Translations under genes and position numbers: made by a program | Notes under the pieces: generated by a model | What the model saw: only the letters and a program-made list of their open reading frames with translations | Told to the model about the DNA's origin: nothing | Databases searched by the model: none | In this document: in pieces, positions 26,701-39,700 of the stretch | How positions within the stretch are numbered: the first letter of the stretch is position 1 | Layout of the letters: each line of letters starts with the position of its first letter | Assembly (NCBI RefSeq): GCF_009914755.1 | Contig: NC_060933.1 | DNA from: the human T2T-CHM13v2.0 reference genome, Homo sapiens | Direction: 5' to 3' (one strand) | Length of the DNA stretch: 64,000 bases

Positions 26701-29700
26701 CATTCCTTTCCATTCCATTCCATTCCATTCCAATCGAGTTGATTCCATTCCATTCCATTCCATTCCATTCCACTCCATTCCAGTCCTTTCCATTCCATTA
26801 CACTTGGGTTGATTCCGTTCTATTCCTTTCCATTCCATTCCATTCCATTGCAATCGAGTTGATTCCATTGCTTTGCATTCCATTCCATTCCATTCCATTC
26901 CATTACAATGTAGTTGATTCCATTCAATTCCATTCCATTCCATTCCATTCCAGTCCTTTCCATTCCATTCCACTCGGGTTGATTCCATTCTATTAGTTTC
27001 CATTCCACTCCATTCCCTTCCATTCCAATCTGGTTGATTCCATTCCTTTCCATTCCACTCGAATACATTCCCTCCTATTCCACTCAGAACGATTCCATTC
27101 CATTCCATTCCATTCCATTCCATTCCATTCCATTCCATTCCAGTTCGTTCCATTCCATTCTATTCCGTACCATTCTATTCCATTCCATTCCTTTCCATTC
27201 CATTCCATTCCACTCGTGGTGATTCCATTCCTTTCCATTCCATTCGGTTTGAAGGCATTCCATTCCATTCAATTCCATTCCATTCCATTCCATTCCATTC
27301 CATTCCATTCCATTCCATTGTACTCGAGTTGATTCCATTCCATTGCATTCAATTCCATTCCATTCCATTCCATTGTACTCGAGTTGATTCCATTCCATTG
27401 CATTCCATTCCATTCCATTCCATTCCATTCCGTTGCATTCCATTCCATTACATTCGGATTGATTCTATTCAACTCCCTTACTCTCCATTACATTCCATTC
27501 CATTCGGGTTGTTCCATTCCATTCCATTCCATTCCACTCCATTCCATTGCACTCGGGTTGATTCCATTCCATTCCATTCCATTCCATTCCATTCCGGGTG
27601 ATTCCATTCCATAGCATTCCGTTCCATTACATTCCCCTGCACTCGCGTTGATTCCATTCCATTCCATTCCATTCCATTCCATTCCATTCCATTCCTTTCC
27701 ATTCCAGTCCTTTCCATTCCATTCCACTCGGGTTGATTCCATTCTATTAGTTTCCATTCCATTCCATTCCCTTCCATTCCACTTTGGTTGATTCCATTCC
27801 TTTCCATTCCACTCGAATACATTCCCTCCTATTCCACTCGGAACGATTCCATTCCATTCCATTCCATTCCATTCCATTCAATTCCATTCCATTCCATTTC
27901 CTTCCATTCCATTCTATTCCGTACCATTCCATTCCATTCCATTCCTTTCCATTCCATTCCATTCCATTCCACTCTTGTTGATTCCATTCCTTTCCATTCC
28001 ATTCGGTTTGAAGGCATTCCATTCCATTCAATTCCATTCCATTCCATTCCATTCCATTCCATTCCATTCCATTGTACTCGGGTTGATTCCATTCCATTGC
28101 ATTCCATTCCATTCCATTCCATTCCATTCCGTTGCATTCCATTCCATTACATTCGGACTGATTCTATTCAACTCTCTTACTCTCCATTCCATTCCATTCC
28201 ATTCGGGTTGTTCCATTCCATTCCATTCCATTCCACTCCATTCCATTGCACTCGGGTTGATTCCATTCCATTCCATTCCATACCATTCCATTCCATTCCA
28301 TTCCATTCCATTCCGTTCCATTCCGTTCCATTCCATTCCATTCCATTCCATTCCATTCCGTTCCATTCCATTCCATTACATTCGGATTGATTCTATTCAA
28401 TTCCCTTACACTCCATTACATTCCATTCCATTCGGGTAGTTTCCATTCCATTCCTCTCCATTCCATTGCACTCGGGTTGATTCCATTTCATTCCATTCCA
28501 TTCCGGAAGATTCCATTCCATTGCATTCCATTACATTCCATTCCCCTGCACTCGCGTTGATTCCATTCCATTCCATTCCATTCCATTGCGTTCCATTGCA
28601 TTCCATTGCATTCCATTCCCCTGCACTCAGGTTGATTCCATTCCATTCCATTCCATTTCATTCCATTCCATTCTATTCGCGTTAATTCCATTCCACTCCA
28701 TTCCATTACATTCCATTGCAATGGACTTGATTCCATTCCATTCCATTCCATTCCATTCAAGTCCTTTCCATTCCATTCCACTCGTGTTGATTCCATTTTA
28801 TTAGTTTCCATTCCATTCCATTCCCTTCCATTCCACTCTGGTTGATTCCATTCCTTTCCATTCCACTCGAATTCATTCCCTTCTATTCCACTCGGAATGA
28901 TTCCATTCCATTCCGTTCCATTCCATTCCATTACATTCCATTTCGTTCCATTCCATTTTATTCCGTACCATTCCATTCCATTCCATTCCATTCCATTCCA
29001 TTCCATTCCATTCCATTCCATGCCATTCCACTCGGGTTGATTCCATTGCTTTCCATTCCATTTGGGTTGAATCCATTCCATTCCATTCCATTCCATTCCA
29101 TTCCATTCCATTCCATTCCATTCAATTGCACTAGGTTTGATTCCATTCCACTGCATTCCATTCCATTCCATTCCATTCCATTCCATTCCATTCCATTCCA
29201 TTCCATTCCCCTGCACTCGGGTTCATTCCATTCCATTCCATTTACTTCCATTCCATTCCATTCCATTCTATTACATTCTATTCGGATTACTTCCATTCCA
29301 TTCCATTCCATTCCATTCCATTCCATTCCATTGCAATCGTGTTGATTCCATTCCATTCCATTCCATTCCATTCCATTCCGGATGATTCCATTCCATTGCC
29401 TTCAATTCCATTCCATTCCCCTGCACTCGGGTTGATTCCATTCCATTCCATTCCATTCCATTCCATTCCATTCCATTCCATTTCATTCCGTTCCATTTCG
29501 TTCCATTCCATTCTATTCCGTACCATTCCATTCCATTCTATTCCATTCCATTCCATTCCATTCTATTCGGGTTAATTCCATTCCATTCCTTTCCATTCCA
29601 TTCCATTCCATTCCATTCCATTCCATTCCATTGCAATCGAGTTGATTCCATTCCATTCCATTCAATTCCGGATGATTCCATTCCATTGCCTTCAATTCCA

Positions 29701-29910
29701 TTCCATTCCCCTGCACTCGGGTTGATTCCATTCCATTCCATTCCATTTCATTCCATTCCATTTCGTTCCATTCCATTCTATTCCGTACCATTCCATTCCA
29801 TTCCATTCCATTCCATTGCAATCGAGTTGATTCCATTTCATTCCATTCCATTCCATTCCATTCCATTCCAATCGAGTTGATTCCATTCCATTTCATTCCA
29901 TTCCATTCCA
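20750..29910 (-). repeat. ~4.5 kb tandem duplication (two units, ~20750-25270 and ~25270-29810, plus a ~0.1 kb third start)
   Basis: Private variants recur at +4497 to +4542: GGAACGACTCC (~21010/25522), CTCAGAACGA (22551/27083), CCGGGTGAT (~23062/27594), CGGACTGATTCTATTCAACTCTC (~23627/28154), GCAATGGACTTGA (~24196/28718), CGGATTACTT (24751/29283). Near-identical ORF peptide pairs include 20958/25470 and 25144/29686. Confidence 0.92.
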
Positions 29911-31284
29911 TTCCATTCCTTTCCGTTCCGTTCCGTTCCATTCCATTCCATTCCATTCTATTCGGGTTAATTCCATTCCATTCCATTCCATTCCATTCCA
30001 TTCCAATCGAGTTGATTCCATTGCATTCCATTCCATTCCATTCCACTCCATTCCAGTTCTTTCCATTCCATTCCACTCTGGTTGATTCCAATGTATTCCT
30101 TTCCATTCCATTCCATTCCATTGCAATCGAGTTGATTCCATTGCTTTGCATTCCATTCCATTCCATTGCATTCCGGATGACTCCATTCCATTGCATTCCA
30201 TTCCATTGCATTCCCCTGCACTCTGGTTGATTCCATTCCATTCCACTCCATTCCGTTGCATTCCATTCCATTCCATTGTATTCGGGTTAATTCCATTCCA
30301 TTCCATTCCATTCCATTCCATTCCATTACAATCGAGTTGATTCCATTCCATTCCATTCCATTCCATTCCAGTCCTTTCCATTCCATTCCACTCGGGTTGA
30401 TTCCATTCTATTAATTTCCATTCCATTCCGTTCCCTTCCATTCCACTCTGGTTGATTCCATTCCTTTCCATTCCACTCGAATACATTCCCTCCTATTCCA
30501 CTCGGAACGATTCCATTCCATTCCATTCCATTCCATTCCATTCCATTCCATTCCATTCCATTCCATTTCGTTCCATTACATTCTATTCCGTATCATTCCA
30601 TTCCATTCCATTCCATTCCATTCCATTCCATTCCATTCCACTCGTGTTGATTCCATTCCTTTCCATTCCATTCGGTTTGAAGGCATTCCATTCCATTCCA
30701 TTCCATTCCATTCCATTCCATTCCATTCCATTGTACTCGGGTTGATTCCATTCCATTGCATTCCATCCCATTCCATTCCATTCCAATCCGGATGATTCCA
30801 TTCCATTGCATTCTGATTGATTCTATTCAACTCCCTTACTCTCCATTACATTCCATTCCATTCGGGTTGTTCCATTCCATTCCATTCCATTCCACTCCAT
30901 TCCATTGCACTCGGGTTGATTCCATTCCTTTCCATTCCATTCCATTCCATTCCGTATGATTCCATTCCATTGCATTCCGTACCATTACATTCCCCTGCAC
31001 TCGCGTTGATTCCACTCCATTCCATTCCATTCCATTCCATTCAATTCCATTCCATTACAATTCGTTCCATTCCATTCTATTCCGTACCATTCCATTCCAT
31101 TCCATACCTTTCCATTCTATTCCATTCCATTCAATTCCATTTCGTTCCATTCCGTTCCATTCCATTCCATTCCATTCTATTCGGGTTAATTCCATTCTAT
31201 TCCATTCCATTCCATTCCATTCCATTCCATTCCATTCCAATCTATTCCATTCCATTGCAATCGAGTTGAATCCATTGCATTTCA

Positions 31285-34200
31285 TTCCATTCGATTCCAT
31301 TCGATTGCACTCAGGTTGATTCCATTCCATTGCATTCCATTCCATTCCATTCCATTCCATTCCAATCCATTCCGTTCCATTCCATTCCATTACATTCGGA
31401 TTGATTCTATTCAATTCCCTTACACTCCATTACATTCCATTCCATTCGGGTAGTTTCCATTCCATTCCATTCCATTCCTCTCCATTCCATTGCACTCGGG
31501 TTGATTCCATTCCATTGCATTCTATTCCATTCCATTCAATTCCATTCCTTTCCATTCCATTCCATTACATTCGGATTGATTCTATTCAACTCCCTTACTC
31601 TCCATTACATTCCATTCCGTTCGCGTTGTTCCATTCCATTCCATTCCATTCCACTCCATTCCATTGCACTCGGGTTTATTCCATTCCATTCCATTCCATT
31701 CCATTCCATTCCATTCCATTCCGGAAAATTCCATTCCATTGCATTGCATTCCATTCCATTCCCCTGCACTCGCGTTGATTCCATTCCATTCCATTCCATT
31801 CCATTCCATTCCATTCCTTTCCATTCCATTCCATTCCATTCCATTCCATTCCATTCCGGAAAATTCCATTCCATTGCATTCCATTCCATTCCATTGCCCT
31901 GCACTCCCGTTGATTCCATTCCATTCCATTCCATTCCATTCCATTCCATTCCATTCCATTCCACTCGTGTTGATTCCATTCCTTTCCATTCCATTCGGGT
32001 TGAAGGCATTCCATTCCATTCCATTCCATTCCATTCCATTCCATTCCATTCCATTCCATTGTACTCGGGTTGATTCCATTCCATTGCATTCCATTCCATT
32101 CCATTCCATTCCATTCCGTTGCATTCCATTCCATTACATTCAGATTGATTCTATTCAACTCCCTTACTCTCCATTACATTCCATTCCATTCGGGTTGTTC
32201 CATTCCATTCCATTCCATTCCACTCCATTCCATTGCACTAGGGTTGATTCCATTCCATTCCATTCCATTCCATTCCATTCCGGATGATTCCATTCCATTG
32301 CATTCCGTTCCATTGCATTCCCCTGCACTCGCGTTGATTCCATTCCATTCCATTCAATTCCATTCCATTACAATTCGTTCCATTCCATTCTATTCCGTAC
32401 CATTCCATTCCATTCCATACCATTCCATTCCATTCCATTCCATTCCATTCCATTCCATTCAGTTCCATTCCGTTCCATTGCATTCCATTCCATTCTATTC
32501 GGGTTAATTCCATTCCATTCCATTCCATTCCATTCTATTCTATTCCATTGCAATCGAGTTGAATCCATTGCATTTCATTCCATTCCATTCCATTCCATTC
32601 CATTCCATTCCATTCCACTCGAGTTGATTTCATTCCATTCCTTTCCATTCCATTCCATTCCTTTCCACTCGAGTTGATTCCATTCCATTCCATTCCATTG
32701 CATTCCATTCCATGCCATTCCACTCGGGTTGATTCCATTCCATTCCATTCCATTCCATTCCATTCCATTCCATTGCATTCCATTCCATTCCTTTTCCCTA
32801 CACTCGGGTTGATTTCATTCCATTCCATTCCATTTAATTCCATTCCATTCCATTCCATTCCATTCCAATCCGTTCCATTCCATTCCATTCTATTCCATTG
32901 CAATCGACTTGATTCAATTCCATTCCATTCCATTACATTCTATTCCATTACATTCCATTCCATTTTGTTCCAATCCATTCTATTCCGAAACATTCCTTTC
33001 CATTCAATTCCATTCCATTCCTTTCCATTCCATGCCATTCCACTCGGGTTGATTCCATTCCTTTCCATTCCATTCGGGTTGAATCCAATCCACTGCATTC
33101 CATTCCATTCGAATCCATTCCATTACACTCGGGTTGATTCCATTCCATTCCATTCCATTCGATTCCATTCTATTCCATTCCATTCCGTTCAATTCCATTT
33201 CATTACATTCAGATTGATTCTATTCAATTCCCTTACACTCCATTATATTCCAATCCATTCTGGTTGTTTCCATTCCATTCCATTCCATTTCACTCCATTC
33301 CATTGCACTCGGTTTGATGCCATTCCATTCCATTCCATTCCGGATGATTCCATTCCATTGCATTCCATTCCATTCCATTCCCCTGCACTCAGGTTGATTC
33401 CATTCCATTCCATTCCACTCCATTCGGTTCCGTTCCATTCCATTCTATTGCATTCCATTCTATTCGGGTTAATTCCATTCCATTCTATTCCATTCCATTC
33501 CATTCCATTCCATTGCAATGGAGTTGATTCCATTCCATTCCATTCCATTCCGGATGATTCCATTCCATTGCATTCCATTCCATTCCATTCCCCTGTACTC
33601 GTGTTGATTCCATTACCTTCAATTCCATTCCATTCTGTTCCATTCCATTGCATTCCATTCTATTCCGGTTAATTCCATTCAATTCCATTCCATTCCATTC
33701 CATTCCATTGCAATCGAGTTGATTCCATTCCATTCCTTTCCATTCCATTCCATTGCCTTGCATTCCAATCGGGTTGATTCCATTCCCTTCTTTCCACTCC
33801 ATTACATTCCCTTCCATTCCACTCGGAATGATTGATTCCATTCCATTCCATTCCATTTCATTCCGTTGCAATCCATTCCAATCTATTCCATTCCATTCCA
33901 TTCCACTCGAGTTGATTTCATTCCATTCCTTTCCATTCCATTCCATTCCTTTCCACTCGAGTTGATTCCATTCCATTCCATTCCATTGCATTCCATTCCA
34001 TGCCATTCCACTCGGGTAGATTCCATTCCTTTGCATTCCATTCCATTCCATTCCATTCCATTCCATTCCATTCCATTCCGTTGCATTCCATTCCATTACA
34101 TTCGGATTGATTCTATTCAACTCCCTTACTCTCCATTACATTCCATTCCATTCGGGTTGTTCCATTCCATTCCATTCCATTCCACTCGATTCCATTGCAC

Positions 34201-35460
34201 TCGGGTTGATTCCATTCCATTCCATTCCATTCCATTCCATTCCATTCCGGATGATTCCATTCCATTGCATTCCGTTCCATTACATTCCCCTGCACTCGCG
34301 TTGATTCCATTCCATTCCATTCCATTCCATTCAATTCCATTCCATTACAATTCGTTCCATTCCATTCTATTCCGTACCATTCCATTCCATTCCATACCAT
34401 TCCATTCCATTCCATTCCATTCCGTTCCATTCCGTTCCATTCCATTCCATTCCATTCTATTCGGGTTTATTCCATTCCATTCCATTCCATTCCATTCTAT
34501 TCCATTCCATTGCAATCGAGTTGAATCCGTTGCATTTCATTCCATTCCATTCCATTCCATTCCGGAAGATTCCATTCCATTGCATTCCATTCCATTCCAT
34601 TCCCCTGCACTCTCGTTGATTCCATTCCATTCCATTCCATTCCATTCCATTCCGTTCCGTTCCATTCCATTCCATTCCATTCTATTCGGGTTAATTCCAT
34701 TCCATTCCATTCGATTGCAATCGTGTTGATTCCATTCCATTCCATTCCATTCCATTCCATTCCATTCCATTCCATTCCTTTCCATTCCATTACGGATGAT
34801 TCCATTCCATTGCATTCCATTCCATTCCATTCCCCTGTACTCGGGTTGATTCCATTCCATTGCATTCCAATCCATGCCCTTCCACTCGTGTTGATTCCAT
34901 TCTTTCCATTCCATTCAAGTTGAATCCATTCCATTGCATTCCATTCCATTCCATTCGATTCCATTCGGTTGCACTCGGGTTGATTCCATTCCATTGCATT
35001 CCATTCCATTCCATTCCATTCCATTCCGTTCCTTTCCATTCCATTACATTCGGATTGATTCTATTCAATTCCCTTACACTCCATTACATTCCATTCCATT
35101 CGGGTAGTTTCCATTCCATTCCTCTCCATTCCATTGCACTCGGGTTGATTCCATTCCATTGCATTCCATTCCATTCCATTCAATTCCATTCCGTTCCATT
35201 CCATTCCATTACATTCGGATTGATTCTATTCAACTCCCTTAGTCTCCATTACATTCCATTCCATTCGGGTTGTTCCATTCCATTCCATTCCATTCCACTC
35301 CATTCCATTGCACTCGGGTTTATTCCATTCCATTCCATTCCATTCCATTCAATTCCATTCCATTCCGGAAGATTCCATTCCATTGCATTCCATTCCATTC
35401 CATTCCCCTGCACTCGCGTTGATTCCATTCCATTCCATTCCATTCCATTCCATTCCATTC
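31285..35460 (-). repeat. ~4 kb dispersed direct duplication, copy 2
   Basis: See copy 1. It carries ~205 bp extra at ~33340-33550 and ~0.1 kb extra at ~35180-35290. Confidence 0.87.
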
Positions 35461-36444
35461 CATTCCATTCCTTTCCGTTCCATTCCATTCCATTCCATTC
35501 CATTCCATTCCTTTCTATTCCAGTCTTTTCCATTCCATTCCACTCAGGTTGATTCCATTCTATTAGTTTCCATTCCATTCCATTCCCTTCCATTCCACTC
35601 TGGTTGATTCCATTCCTTTCCATTCCACTCGAATACATTCCCTCCTATTCCATTCGGAACGATTCCATTCCATTCCATTCCATTCCATTCCATTCCATTC
35701 CATTCCATTTCGTTCCATTCCATTCTATTCCGTATCGTTCCATTCCATTCCATTCCATTCCATTCCATTCCATTCCACTCGTGTTGATTCCATTCCTTTC
35801 CATTCCATTCGGTTTGAAGGCATTCCATTCCATTCCATTCCATTCCATTCCATTCCATTCCATTCCATTCCATTGTACTCGGGTTGATTCCATTCCATTG
35901 CATTCCATTCCATTCCATTCCATTCCGTTGCATTCCATTCCATTACTTTCGGATTGATTCTATTCAACTCCCTTACTCTCCATTACATTCCATTCCATTT
36001 GGGTTGTTCCATTCCATTCCATTCCATTGCACTCCATTCCATTTCACTCGGGTTGATTCCATTCCATTCCATTCCATTCCATTCCATTCCGGATGATTCC
36101 ATTCCATTGCATTCCGTTCCATTACATTCCCCTGAACTCGCGTTGATTCCATTCCATTCCATTCCATTCCATTCAATTCCATTCCATTACAATTCGTTCC
36201 ATTCCATTCTATTCCGTACCATTCCATTCCATTCCATACCATTCCATTCCATTCCATTCCATTCCATTCCGTTCCATTCCGTTTCATTCCTTTCCATTCC
36301 ATTCTATTCGGGTGCATTCCATTCCATTCCATTCCATTCCATTCCATTCCATTCTATTCCATTCCATTGCAGTAGAGTTGAATCAATTGCATTTCATTCC
36401 ATTCCATTCCATTCCATTCCATTCCATTCCGGAAGATTCCATTC

Positions 36445-36760
36445 CATTGCATTCCATTCCATTCCATTCCCCTGCACTCGCGTTGATTCCATTCCATTCC
36501 ATTCCATTCCATTCCATCCATTCCGTTCCGTTCCGTTCCATTCCATTCCATTCTATTCGGGTTAATTCCATTCCATTCCATTCGATTGCAATCGAGTTGA
36601 TTCCATTGCATTCCATTCCATTCCATTCCCCTGCACTCGCGTTGATTCCATTCCATTCCATTCCATTCCATTCCATCCATTCCGTTCCGTTCCATTCCAT
36701 TCCATTCCATTCTATTCGGGTTAATTCCATTCCATTCCATTTGATTGCAATCGAGTTGAT
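36445..36760 (-). repeat. ~159-bp tandem duplication (2 copies)
   Basis: CCTGCACTCGCGTTGA at 36471/36630. Both copies carry the same 1-nt deletion TTCCATCCATTCCG (~36512/36671). Confidence 0.85.
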
Positions 36761-39700
36761 TCCATTCCATTCCATTCCATTCCATTCCATTCCTTTCCAT
36801 TCCATTACGGATGATTCCATTCCATTGCATTCCATTCCATTCCATTCCCCTGTACTCGGGTTGATCCTTTCCATTCCATTCCAATCCATGCCATTCCACT
36901 CGTGTTGATTCCATTCTTTCCATTCCATTCAAGTTGAACCCATTCCATTGCATTCCATTCCATTCCATTCACCTGCAGTCGGGTTGATTCCATTCCATTC
37001 CATTCCATTCCATTCCATTCCATTCCGTTCCGTTCCATTCCATTCCATTCCTCTCTATTCGGGTTAATTCCATTCCATTCCATTCCATTGCAATCGAGTT
37101 GATTCCATTCCATTCCATTCCATTCCATTCCATTCCTTTCTATTCCATTACGGATGATTCCATTCCATTGCATTCCATTCCATTCCATTCCCCTGTACTC
37201 GGCTTGATTGCATTCCATTCTATTCCAATCCATGCCATTCCACTCGTGTTGATTCCATTCTTTGCATTCCATTGAAGTTGAATCCATTCCATTGCATTCC
37301 ATTCCATTCGATTCCATTCGATTGCACTCGGGTTGATTCCATTCCATTGCATTCCATTCCATTCCATTCCATTCCATTCGGATTGATTCTATTCAATTCC
37401 CTTACACTCCAATACATTCCATTCCATTCGGGTAGTTTCCATTCCATTCCATTCCATTCCTCTCCATTCCATTGAACTCGGGTTGATTCCATTCCATTCC
37501 ATTCCATTACATTACATTCCATTCCATTCCGTTCCATTGTACTCGTGTTGATTCCATTCCATTGCATTCCATTCCATTCCATTCCATTCCATTCCATTCC
37601 ATTCCGTTCCATTCCATTCCATTACATTCGGATTGATTCTTTTCAACTCCCTTACTCTCCATTACATTCCATTCCATTCGGGTTGTTCCATTCCATTCCA
37701 TTCCATTCCACTCCATTCCATTGCACTCGGGTTGATTCCATTCCATTCCATTCCATTCCATTCAATTCCGGATGATTCCATTCCATTGCCTTCCATTCCA
37801 CTCCATTCCCCTGCACTCGGGTTGATTCCATTCCATTCCATTCCATTCCATTCCATTCCATTCCATTCCATTCCATTCTATTCGGGTTAATTCCATTCCA
37901 TTCCATTCGATTGCAATCGAGTTGATTCCATTCCATTCCATTCCATTCCGTTCCGGATGATTCCATTCTATTGCATTCCATTCCATTCCTTTCCCCTGCA
38001 GTCGGTTTGATTCCATTCCATTCCATTCCATTCCATTCCATTCCATTCCGTTCCATTCCATTCCATTCCATTCTATTCGGGTTAATTCCATTCCATTCCA
38101 TTCCATTCCATTGCATTCCATTCCAATCGAGTTGATTCCATTCCATTCCATTCCACTCCATTCCAGTCCTTTCCAATCCATTACATTCGGGTTGATTCCG
38201 TTCTATTCCTTTCCATTCCATTCCATTCCATTGCAATCGAGTTGATTCCATTGCTTTGCATTCCATTCCATTCCATTCCATTCCGGATGATTCGATTCCA
38301 TTGCATTCCGTTCCATTACATTCCCCTGCACTCGGGTTGATTCCATTCCATTCCATTCCATTCCATTCGATTCCATTCCATTCCCCTGCACTCGCGTTGA
38401 TTCCATTCCATTCCATTCCATTCCATTCCATTCCATTCCATTCCATTCCATTCCATTCCATTCCACTCCATTCCATTGCACTCGGGTTGATTCCATTCCA
38501 TTCCATTCCATTCCAGAAGATTCCATTCCATTGCATTCCATTACATTCCATTCCCCTGCACTCGCGTTGATTCCATTCCATTCCATTCCATTCCATTGCG
38601 TTCCATTGCATTCCATTGCATTCCATTCCCCTGCACTCAGGTTGATTCCATTCCATTCCATTCCATTCCATTCCATTCCATTCCATTCTATTCGCGTTAA
38701 TTCCATTCCACTCCATTCCATTACATTCCATTGCAATCGACTTGATTCCATTCCATTCCATTCCATTCCATTCAAGTCCTTTCCATTCCATTCCACTCGT
38801 GTTGATTCCATTTTATTAGTTTCCATTCCATTCCATTCCTTTCCATTCCACTCGAATTCATTCCCTTCTATTCCACTCGGAATGATTCCATTCCATTCCG
38901 TTCCATTCCATTCCATTCCATTCCATTTCGTTCCATTCCATTTTATTCCGTACCATTCCATTCCATTCCATTACATTCCATTCCATTCCATTCCATGCCA
39001 TTCCACTCGGGTTGATTCCATTGCTTTCCATTCCATTTGGGTTGAATCCATTCCATTCCATTCCATTCCATTCCATTCCATTCCATTCCATTCCATTCAA
39101 TTGCACTAGGTTTGATTCCATTCCACTGCATTCCATTCCATTCCATTCCATTCCATTCCATTCCATTCCCCTGCACTCGGGTTCATTCCATTCCATTCCA
39201 TTTACTTCCATTCCATTCCATTCCATTCCATGCCATTCCACTCGCGTTGATTCCATTCCCTTCCATTCCATTAGAGTTGAATCCATTCCATTCCATTCCA
39301 TTCCATTCCATTCCATTCCATTGCACACGGGTTCATTTCATTCCATTCCATTCCATTCCCTTACATTCCATTTCGTTACATTCCATTCTATTCCGTACCA
39401 TTCCATTCCATTCCATTCCATTCCATTCCATTCCACTCCATTCCATGCCATTCCACTCGGGTATATTCCATTACTTTTAATTCCACTCGGGTTGAATCCA
39501 TTCCATTCCATTCCATTCCATTCTATTCCATTACATTGCAATCGGGTTGATTCCATTTCATTCCATTCCATTACATTTCATTCCATTCCATTCCATTCCG
39601 TTTCATTCAATTCCATTCCATTCCATGCCATTCCACTCGTGTTGATTCCATTCCTTTCCATTCCATTACATTTCATTCCATTCCATTCCATTCCATTTCA

